Shown here: positions 49,371 through 59,809 of the stretch, piece after piece
Layout: every line of letters begins with the position of its first letter
Numbering within the stretch: the stretch's first letter is position 1
Assembly (NCBI GenBank): GCA_009602725.1
Contig: WELB01000029.1
Span: forward strand, 301,737 to 365,736
Length of the DNA stretch: 64,000 nt
Origin: Spirogloea muscicola
Taxonomy: Eukaryota
Direction: 5' to 3'
The notes under the pieces: generated by a model
What the model was told of the DNA's origin: nothing
What the model saw: the letters and a program-made list of their open reading frames with translations, nothing else
The model's database searches: none
Program-made: the position numbers and the translations under genes

Positions 49371-50277
49371 TTTGTGGGCCACAATACCTGAGAAGACGGC
49401 TTCTCCAAGCAGTGGCTGCAGATTGGGTCAAATACAGGTTATACTCCTGCTTCGGGTACACAGGTGTTGTTTTTGAGCCGATTGAGATGACTCCAAATCT
49501 TCAACTCTTTGGATTTTTAGTCCCTTAAGTTCTTGACAAGGCTGCATCTGCTGGAGCAGATTCTTCTGAAGTTGGATTTCCCTTACTCTCAGAGTGCCCA
49601 AAAGCACAAAGTAACATCCAGAGCACAGATATGCAACATTTGATGAAGATATTGTGATGCAGATCAATGACTCCTTGCATCAAAGGAGCTGCATGTTGAA
49701 AACACGAAGAGCGAGGCCCACCAAGAGAACGACGGGCTGTTTGCAATCAGCCCCCAGCTTTGCACAGATGGCTGGCCAAGAGTAGCATCAGCAAGCTCAG
49801 CATGGAAATAAGGCTGAGCTCGCAGGCCCGACACCACAGATGCCAAACAACAGCCAGACGACAGGCAGACTAGTGCAGCCCTGCGGCAAAAGCCCGATGC
49901 CGCAGCTACTACATGATTTGCCTAAAAGAAGGCAGTAGCCATAGCTCTTTTGCGGAGCAAGCTCAGAGGTCTGACGTAAGTAGTCCCAAAGAAATCTACA
50001 TCATGTCAAGTGTTAGATATACATGCCATGACCATACCTGCTGCTTTGCAGCCAAGTTGTGATTCATTATGGGGTAGCCTCTCTGCAGCATATCCTCTGT
50101 ACTTCACTTCCTCGAGCCACAGTCACGCCCAAAATTGGAGAGTTGAAAATCTTGCGGTGGAAATTGTGAGAGCGTCGTTTGGAGCAGTCATGACAGTCAT
50201 GTGAGAAGGAAGCACAATCTGCCAGCTGCCTTGTCCTTGATCTGTCCTATTCAACTGTAAGCAACACGAAGAATGTA

Positions 50278-51580
50278 TCATCTATTTTTCTTTACCCATT
50301 CCAGAATGTTCCTCTCGTTGTCTGTCAGGTCTTTCTTGTTTGCTAGAGACCCCTGCCACAAGCACTGCAGGACCTCAGTGACCAATGGAGGCGTGATGAA
50401 CGAGCACAGTATGGCAATGCTCTTTCCTCGTAGATGTGTAGATGTCAAATATGCTTCTGTCCAAGAAAGCGTACTAGCTCACTGGTCTAGCTTAGTTGCA
50501 CCAATAATGTCCTGTGATTGTGATGGGTATGCTCACCGCAATGAAATTGAAGTAATCCCCAAAGTTCCGGCGGTTGTAATCATCGAGCCTCTGCAGAGCA
50601 AGTCCAGCAACATCAGGGACGTATGCCTCGCAATCTTGGTGATGCGTACCTAGAGGCACTGCAAACCGTGTTCACTGCACGACAGAGTAGGCTAGTCCTC
50701 CCTACACATGTCAGAGCTTCCTGCATGGATGCTGGAGGTGACAGATGTGACCAACCTCCTGGTCTCGCTGAGGCTTCTTCTCTATGGATCGTTTCAAGAG
50801 CTCTGCCCATTGACCAAGCCAACCAGTCACAACATTTGTAAAGCTATCTCATTACTCAGAATATTTGAAGGAGGCGGACAGATTAAGCTGCACTCAACTA
50901 CAATTTTCAGCAACCTCATCAGAAGGCAAGACTCAGCATTGGAGTAGGACAAATGGAGGAAGCCATCTGCTAGTACACAATGCAGGCCTGATTGCTCAGC
51001 GCATATCCAATTTAGGTGTGGCCCTCTGACCTTTAATGTATTCATTCTTCTGCTCAACTGGAGCAGGCAAGCGCAGCTTCAGTTCCACAGGGGCTGCTTC
51101 TAGTTCCACTTGCGCTTCTAGCCATGTGCCAGCTTACAAGCCAGTGAATAAGCAGTTGGTAGCCCAAGGCTTTCAAGTTGAGCATACTGGACACCCCTTA
51201 AGTGAACTATGACTGTTTCTAGACTCAAGATCTCTTCATGACGAGTGAACCAGAGGGGTGCTTCTAGTTTGTCGGATAGAGGTGGTCAACTCCTGTTGTA
51301 GCGTACCTGAGTCCAATGGTAAGATCGAGCTGGCCAGCAGCCAACCGGCACCGGTTGCAGAAAGCAGCACTGATCTCCTCGTCCGCTGCGACGTCAACTG
51401 CGAGCCTCTGTGGGTCGCTTCGCCAGAGCTAGCACGAGGTGCAATGGGATGGAGGGAGCTGAGTCTTGTCCTCAGACTGCTTCCATCGCTTAGTTCTGGT
51501 CTCCTGACGAGGTCGCCAGAGAGCGGCTGCACGAGGAGGCTGCGAGAAAGCATCGCAGGTGCAGGCATGGCGGCTCCCAT
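50278..51580 (-). CDS. PsaN-family-like thylakoid lumen protein (resembles Arabidopsis At1g49975 type)
   Basis: Bipartite transit peptide with twin-Arg motif (RTRRSVLLSATGAGWLLA); mature part ELLKRSIEKKPQRDQE|RLDDYNRRNFGDYFNFIA|GSLANKKDLTDNERNILEWVKKNR* (TGA 50278-50280). Confidence 0.75.
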
Positions 51581-51815
51581 CGCAGCGCGGCCTTCTGGCA
51601 GGTCGTCCAACTCCCTCCCCTAGGCAAAGGCGATCAGCGACTGTTACGAAAGCAGAAAGCGCGGTCTAATTGACTGGTGGCTGTGAGAGGCCTGCCCATA
51701 CGGAATGGTCAGGGTCTGAAGGAGCCGGATGGCGCAGAACGCCAGGGACTAAGTGCCAGGTACCAAGAATGACGGCTGAGAGGAGTGTGGAAGTACTACG
51801 AGAATGGGCGAGGGC

Positions 51816-51820
51816 AAAAA
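51816..51820 (-). terminator. Pol III oligo(T) terminator of tRNA-Ser
   Basis: aaaaa on the + strand (TTTTT on the - strand) starting 12 nt after the tRNA 3' end. Confidence 0.7.
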
Positions 51821-51831
51821 GCACGGTGGAT

Positions 51832-51913
51832 CGTGACCTGAGAGATTCGAACTCTCGCGGGTAGAACCCATGTACTTAGCAGGCACACGCCTTAACCACT
51901 CGGCCAAAGTCAC
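51832..51913 (-). tRNA. trnS-GCT: tRNA-Ser(GCT)
   Basis: GTGACTTTGGCCGAGTGGTTAAGGCGTGTGCCTGCTAAGTACATGGGTTCTACCCGCGAGAGTTCGAATCTCTCAGGTCACG: 7-bp acceptor stem, A and B boxes, anticodon GCT, long variable arm, G discriminator and a downstream T5 run. Confidence 0.95.
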
Positions 51914-52716
51914 TTCTAGCCCTCGGAGGGGCGTCACGACCACGCTCAACCTCTCTGGCTTCTGAGCAATATATCTAGCATTCACTGCTAGTCTCCACGG
52001 TGGAAAGCAGTCATTCTAGGTGCGTCAGGAGTCATATGACGCACCTGCCTGCCCGTCGATGCACAGGATCGCGCGGTTATCAGCGGCCGCGACTGACGCG
52101 CCCCTGGAGTCGGCTGCCACGTTGGCGGCGGTTCCGCCGCCTCGCCCCCACCGCCTTGTGGTGTTGCGAACAGGAATCAGAGCTACGCCATCGAAGTATG
52201 GAAGTTAATCTAGGGCAACCGCTGTATCACGCAGAGCGGCCAGTGGTCCCCCGACCGGAATCCGAGCTTTTCAGCACCGTGTGGTCGTCGCCAGCCGAGA
52301 TTCTTCCAGGCCGCTGAACGTGGCCCGTGGTCCTCGGCAGGGTACGTCCTCTGCAGGCCGCGCCCACCGAGCCTACCGATAGGGTCCAGCCGGCCCCCAC
52401 GAACCGAGCACACGCCGGGCAGGCCCCGCAGAGGACCGGCCCAAAGGCGCGGAATTGGATTTGGTGGGAAATTTCTGGGAGGAGCCCCGCGGCCCCTCCC
52501 TCCCTCTCTCCCCGACTGACGGGAGGCGGCGCCGCTCTGGCTACCTACTGACCCGGGGCCCCCCCCGAGGCGGCCCGCCTCGCCCAAAATCCCCCTCCCC
52601 CCCTCCTCCTTTGGTAGATTGATAACAGCAGCCGTGTTCATGTCCTCCCCCCCCCGCACCGTTACCCTAGCCCGCGCATTCCAGCGGCCCCATCCGCTTC
52701 CCGGGCGCCCGCCGCC

Positions 52717-55576
52717 ATGGCCGTCGCCGCCGTCGCCGCCGCGCAGAGGGCCCTGGCGGTGGCCGCCCTCGCGGCGCTCGTGATGGCCCAGGTGGCCCTC
52801 GCTGTCGCCGACCTCCCGGCCGCCCGGGCGGTCTTCGAGGCTTACCTTGCGGGCCGCGACGCCTCGCAGGCCAACTCTGTGGTCCGCGTCCTCCTCTGGG
52901 CCGTTGGCAGAGTAGCTCTTGCCGATTGGACCCTAAACTGGACTGCCATAACGTCAACGTATCAGGCATCCTGGTGTTGGTCTTGATTGGAGGTGTTACA
53001 AAGCTGTGGTGAGGCCTTGTTGCCCCTGCCTTGTAGTCTGACCAACTCCTTGTGGGATTGAACAGGGCCTTGCCGAGCAGATTGCAACTTGTCGCCAATC
53101 TTCTGACTACGATGTCTTCGTCAGCAACTTCTTTAGCCTCTGGGTCAACCTGAACAAGCCCTCTGGCTACAGTGCACATCACAGGCAACATCACCTTGCC
53201 AATTTTGCTGACAACTTGGAGTATATCGTCGACCACAACAGTCAAGGGAAGGCGTACCAGCTGGGTGTCAATCAGGTACAACAAGTACGCAGTTGCACAA
53301 CAAGTAATGATACATGTCAATAGCAAGCCGTCAGTGCAAAATCATAGGTCAGACCCTGACAACTGGTTATACCTTTCCATGTGCAGTTTGCAGATTTGAC
53401 GCACGATGAGTTCAAGGCTACATACTTGGGTCTGCGCCTGGATGCAGGCAACACAGCCCTTCGCCTTGGAGGCAATCGCCCCTTTAGCCATGCTAATGTA
53501 CAAGCCCCTGACGAGGTGGACTGGAAGGCCAAGGGTGCTGTTACTGACGTGAAGAATCAGATGCAGTGCGGTATGCACTGTCTCTGGTTCTATGGACTCG
53601 CTGCTTTCATCTTCCTGAAGCTTGTCCATCTCAGACAATTGATTGACCAGTGGACATATGCTGAGTGGTTATTGAGAAGCCTTGTGAGAGATGTGTTCAG
53701 GTAGCTGCTGGGCTTTTTCAACCACAGGGTCGGTTGAGGGCATCAACAAGATTGTCACTGGCGAGTTGCTGTCACTATCTGAGCAAGAACTGGTGGACTG
53801 CGACAAGGCCCGTGACATGGGCTGCCAGGGTGGGCTCATGGATTTTGCCTTTGAGTTCATTATTCAGAATGGTGGTCTGGATACTGAAAAAGACTACCCC
53901 TATACAGCTGTTAATGGCCAGTGTGACCTCGAAAGAGTACGTGCCCACTAGCCTGTGTGATCATATGGAGGCTGAAGGACCCCAGCAGTTGGTCGTGGGA
54001 GCTGTCCTCACATGACATAGTATTGTCATAGTCTCATTTGCTCCACCTGTGGTGGCTTTTGTAGGAATTGTAACATCAGTTTGTGCTGTGGTTGCTGAAG
54101 GAGTGCACATTATATGCAGGGGGCTGTCTGCTCTCGGCTTTGAATGCATTGGTCTGCAAAGACGCCAGGCAATTTTCGGCGAACATGTGGTTTTCCAGCT
54201 AATTGGAGCTATAATTCTCCTCCTGGCAGGAAAACAGCCACATTGTCACGATTGATGACTTTGAGGACGTGCCGCATAACGACGAGGCCTCTTTGAAGAA
54301 GGCTGTTGCTGCTCAGCCGATCAGCGTTGCCATTGAAGCTGATCAGCGCCAATTCCAGTTCTATGCAGGGGTACGATTTAGAGTAACTAGGAGACTATGT
54401 AGACATGGTTCCACTGATGCATACTATTTAGGGCACAGCATGCATGTTAGCTTTCCTGATATGCTAGATGGTGGAGGGTCACAGTGGGTGAAATCGAGTT
54501 TCACGTGGATTCTGCTGAGTAGGATCTCAATCATATTGGGTCAATCATGACGCTGTATATAAGGAACCTTGTGGGATTTTGCAGGGTATCTTTGACGACG
54601 AGTGCGGCACACAGCTTGACCATGGCGTCCTCATTGTTGGGTACGGGGTTGATAACGGAACAGACTATTGGACCGTCAAGAATTCATGGGGCTCTGCCTG
54701 GGGAGACCATGGTTACATTCGTCTGAGGAGGTACCTGATTGGCATACACATACATACACATCAAGCTGTTCGAACTCTCTGCACTTCTAGCTTAAATCCT
54801 TGTTTAAATTCTTATGCAGATTATTGTCACTTTTGGTTTCTGCAGGAACGTGCAGGACAACCAGGGGCTCTGCGGAATAGCCATGCAGGCGTCCTACCCC
54901 ATCAAAACTGGCCCCAATCCCCCCCCCGGGCCCCCTCGTCCGCCCACTCCTCCACCTGCACCCGAAGTCTGTGATCCCACTCACAAGGTGAGCACGCCAG
55001 AGGGGAAATGCTGTTGTCATGAGGTGGCCAGGCAGCATGTCTGCTTGTGTGCTTGATTCTCACTCGACGCCTGAGGCTGCCGATGGCAGTGTGACCACGG
55101 CACTACGTGCTGCTGCTCTGTGCCTTTGGGCAAGTTTTGCCTGGCGTGGGGCTGCTGCCCGATGGAATCTGCTACTTGCTGTGACGACCACCGCCATTGT
55201 TGCCCAGTCGAGTACCCTGTATGCAACCTGGACGCTGGGCTGTGCATGAAGGTCAGCCACTGACATTTGTAAATTGTCATTACATGCACCAGATTCTGTG
55301 TTAGCTCGTAGACATCTCTCACAGGCTCCTCTGATGCTGGGGGTTCCTCCACTTGCTGGTCCTGCATGTGCGGGAGCTGGTTGTGCAGTTGCTTCAAGAA
55401 TGTCAGCTCTACTTCTGCGTGCTTCTTTGCAGGGCTCCTCTCTCATGTGGATGGACAAAGGCGTTGACATGCTTGAGCAGAGCCCTGCTCATTTCCATTG
55501 GCCGTCAATTCACGATGCTCTCGGCCGCAAGTCTGGACCAGGAGATGTCCAGCTGCAATCTGTTGCTGACCAGTAA
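52717..55576 (+). CDS. RD21: Papain-like cysteine protease with I29 prodomain and C-terminal granulin domain (RD21-like)
   Basis: Signal peptide; [12 protein letters not shown]...[21 protein letters not shown]...[35 protein letters not shown]...[11 protein letters not shown]...[11 protein letters not shown]|...[11 protein letters not shown]...[25 protein letters not shown], then a Pro-rich linker and Cys-rich granulin ([23 protein letters not shown]). Confidence 0.95.
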
Positions 55577-56396
55577 TTTGTGGAACGGTTGGCATGGTTT
55601 GCATAGTGGGAATTGTAACTAATATCGATCCTCACTCTGCGCACATGCGTGGAGCACTTGCTCGGGCCCAGGTCTTCGTGCCTAGGGCGTTGCTTGGACC
55701 CCACTTTCATAGCCACTGGTGCTGAGGTGCCTTGGGTTGCACTTGTACGCCAGAGCTTCGTCGCGTTATTATCATAGTCTTTTCAGTCACGTGCTATTAG
55801 AGTTGTCTTACAAGGAAAGTAGTAGGACAGAAGAAGGGTACATTTTAGGCCAGTGCTCCTTCTGTGTCCTCAAATTGTCCTTGGCCTGCCTGGCATGATA
55901 CGAGAGCTGTGGCAGCCAGCTCGCAAGCCCACCTGTAGATACTCCACTTCTACGCTATCATTAATACATGTGCTTTCAACTTCTACTTGGCTGCTTTTCA
56001 TCGCGTCTATCAATGTGTTGCAGAGGTCTTACGGACACTTTGTTCAGTGTCATGTACTAGGTTCTGATTCAAGCATTTTCTGCAATGTGTGGGTTGTTCA
56101 TCAAAGCCTTAATCTGTTGAGTAAGTTAAATGCTGATGGAGTTAAAGTCTTTATGACATCTGTACAAATGACTGACAGGCGCATTGATACCCACTCGCCA
56201 CTTACTGTGCCATCCATTGGCACGGCAGCAGCCACGACCTCTGATGCAACAGGGCATAGTACTCTGACATCTTGCGCACTTTGACTTTTGCATTGTTATT
56301 ATGGTCGGCAAAGAATGTATCATCACAGACCAATGATGCAACTACTGTACAAGAAGTTGAAGAAGTCGCTCTTTGAATATAACCAGTGGTGACCCT

Positions 56397-59085
56397 TCAC
56401 TCCACCTCCGCAAGATAGTCATCAACCTCTGAAGGTGTCAGGATCCTGGCAAGAGTGCAGAGTGCAGTGGAGAAGATTTAATTGCTAAATATGGGCCATT
56501 AGAGTGGTCTGACTGAGTGGCAGGGATGTGCAGTAAGGCTAAGACCTTCACTACTTTTACCTCAAATACAACAACTGAAAGTCATGAGCCAATGAGGGAA
56601 TTAGTGGTAGCTCTTGTGTGCGCTCCTATTCATGACACTTTTTGCTACACTGTGAATATGGGATGCTTTCCTGTTCAAGCACTAATTTTCAGCGTGCTAA
56701 CCTGAATTTGTGGTCGTTGCCCACTATCCCAATCTCGATGTTGCTCCCAGATATTTGGCCCTCAAAACTAGACGGCAAAAACCCAGAGCAATATATGAGT
56801 AGATTGTGATGCTCTTGCTGTCAAGCTCAACCACAGCTTGATCAAGGAAATCAGAGCTGTCAGGCATCCCTGTGCAGCGACATAACTGGGATAGAAACCA
56901 TGACCCAAACAGCACTTACCCTTCCTTCAGAGTCAGAATAGCAGTATGGACAGCATCCTCCAACTCCATGTCCTCTGTATACCTGTCAAATCCATCCGAG
57001 CAGGTAGAAGTTGCCCAGCTGAGACATGTCAACTGCGGGCCTGCCTCCCTTCAACTCAAGCGACAGAATTGAGGAGCCCAGTGCCAGCAAGAGGCACTCC
57101 AGCACAAAGCGAATTGATAAGGGGTGCTGGAAGAACATGACATTTACTTCCACACACACGACCTGCTCTACATGTAAGAAGCTCAGCATGACACAACTCA
57201 TCCACATACGTCAAGACCACTGTAAACGTTCCAAGAGATCGAACCTCTTCTCCAGGAACGTCTTCGCATTCACCATATTTTTCCCAATTGCTGACGCTTT
57301 CCAGGCAAAATATGAACCTGATGGATCGACCTGGTTGAGGCACGTTGTAAGGCTTCCCACTCAGTCAAGCAAAGTGAAGTGTCATCCAAGACAAGGTATG
57401 TATTACATTGGCACTATGAAGTGGCGCAAGACTCGTAAGATGAGTAACTCAAGGAACACTTCCAGCTGCCTGCCCCAATGCACCATACGGACCAATGGGC
57501 GAGCAATATAAGGCAAGGTGACATTGCCCACTTGCCTGATAAAGCTGAGGGCCCTTGGTATCATAACCAGCGACAAGTAAGGACACTCCAAATGGCCTCA
57601 CGCCTCTGCTTAGCCAATATGCATAATTGCATGAGGCACGTTGTTAGTCTTCAGGTAGCACGACACAAGGTAGCATAACGAGCTGTTCCAGGCAGGCAAC
57701 ATGTCATCCACAATTTGACACAAAGGGCACTGACCCAGACTGCGTGAACTCCTGCATCACTGTGGCAGTCTCCCTCACAAGCTGTGATACGGGGATCACC
57801 TCCTGCAGGTGAGGAAGTACAAGTCAGGCTGCTCTCAACAGAATGGACTATGCACTCCTTCTGCAGGACTTGAATAATTGAAGCATTGCCATGCAAGGCA
57901 AAGTGTGAAGAAAGCTGCAAATCGCTGAAATGGCACCTCGTACAGGCGGTAGTAGGCCTGCGCCGACTTGCGGCTCTGTCGGACTAGCACCCGCGAGTCT
58001 GGCCCCATGCCGCTGCAAGGAGAAAGCCCACCTTGCTGCTGTGCGTGAACACAACATTGCCTGGAGAAGCTAGCATATGCTGCAAATACTTAAGGACTGC
58101 CAACATGTATGACCCTGACACAAGACTATGTGACCCAATATTTGACACTGAGGCAGACCTAGCATTTGCATGACCTGCAGATACGACCTTTGACACCTGG
58201 GTGTGGAGCTGGCGGGGCAGACCTGTAAACCACGCCAGTGTTGGGAGTGAGTAGCTGGATCTTCTTGACCTGCAGTTACCTTAAGTGCAAGCTCAGCCTA
58301 TGTAGTTTGCCGCTTGACCAGAGTGCCATCGAGCATCGCAGTGGCAGGCACGTGAGGTGGAAGTTTTGGGTTTCTTGGTTGCCGTGCTTATGCACCCCAT
58401 GATGCTTTGTGGACACACAGCCAGAGTGTGGCCTGGAGTCGCAGACTGAGGGCTTTCAAACAGCAGCAACTGGCAAACAGATCATAAGGACTTAAGATGA
58501 AGGCTTTGCGATTGGAAGTCTATGGTGCTTTGCTTAGTCTGCACACCCCATGCGACTAAGCATTAGTTGTTGACTGGGCATCATTGGGCATCATAATAGC
58601 TCAAGGCGCCCATTCTCATGCCCATCTGGGCTAAGCCAGCCCGTGTTGATTATGAACGTCGTTTCTGGAGAGGTGGAGTGCAGGCTTTGGCCTCACCGAC
58701 TCCTCGTCAATGAGCGTGGACGGCAGCTTCTTCTCCGTGGCAATCACCACCCCATTAGTGGCTGCACGCAGAACCCAATCCAGCAATAACGATCACCGAA
58801 AGCAGCGGCCGAAGCGCCGAGAATCAGCTGACCATGGCCGCAGCGTCGTGGATGGCCGACGCGCGACTGCCATAGATGGCTAACCTCCCCTCCTTCCGGC
58901 TGCGACGGCTAAATGACTATTATAAACATAAAGCCTAACCCAAAACCCTGAATCCTTGATCAAGTCCATAGAGATGCGGTTCCTGACATGGTTAGAACCA
59001 CCCACCCTTGATGCCGAGGGAGGTGGCGCCGCTGGCGACGGCGTTGATGGCGTACTCAATCTGCACCAGCTTCCCGGATGGGCTG
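56397..59085 (-). CDS. PAB1: 20S proteasome subunit alpha type-2 (first exon presumably in gap 59203-59696)
   Basis: [192 protein letters not shown]. Confidence 0.97.
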
Positions 59086-59696
59086 CCAGCGCGCTCGCAG
59101 CCAGCGGAGGCTCAGCTCGCCGCCCCGGCCGCGGAGACGGCGGCGGCGGCGGCGGCGGCGGTGGGCTGGCCCACGGGCCACGAGCCAAGCGCACTGCGGC
59201 GGNNNNNNNNNNNNNNNNNNNNNNNNNNNNNNNNNNNNNNNNNNNNNNNNNNNNNNNNNNNNNNNNNNNNNNNNNNNNNNNNNNNNNNNNNNNNNNNNNN
59301 NNNNNNNNNNNNNNNNNNNNNNNNNNNNNNNNNNNNNNNNNNNNNNNNNNNNNNNNNNNNNNNNNNNNNNNNNNNNNNNNNNNNNNNNNNNNNNNNNNNN
59401 NNNNNNNNNNNNNNNNNNNNNNNNNNNNNNNNNNNNNNNNNNNNNNNNNNNNNNNNNNNNNNNNNNNNNNNNNNNNNNNNNNNNNNNNNNNNNNNNNNNN
59501 NNNNNNNNNNNNNNNNNNNNNNNNNNNNNNNNNNNNNNNNNNNNNNNNNNNNNNNNNNNNNNNNNNNNNNNNNNNNNNNNNNNNNNNNNNNNNNNNNNNN
59601 NNNNNNNNNNNNNNNNNNNNNNNNNNNNNNNNNNNNNNNNNNNNNNNNNNNNNNNNNNNNNNNNNNNNNNNNNNNNNNNNNNNNNNNNNNNNNNNN

Positions 59697-59778
59697 GGCG
59701 ATGTGCAGGAGCCGGCGGCCATGGGCCCGGCGGAGTCATCGGCGGCGAGGGTGCCCCAAGGCGTGGTTCGACTTCAGC

Positions 59779-59809
<31 letters not shown>

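Noticed and set aside
49400..50250. Short ORFs downstream of the PsaN-like gene
   Set aside because: No recognisable motifs or consistent splice pattern; probably 3' UTR or intergenic.
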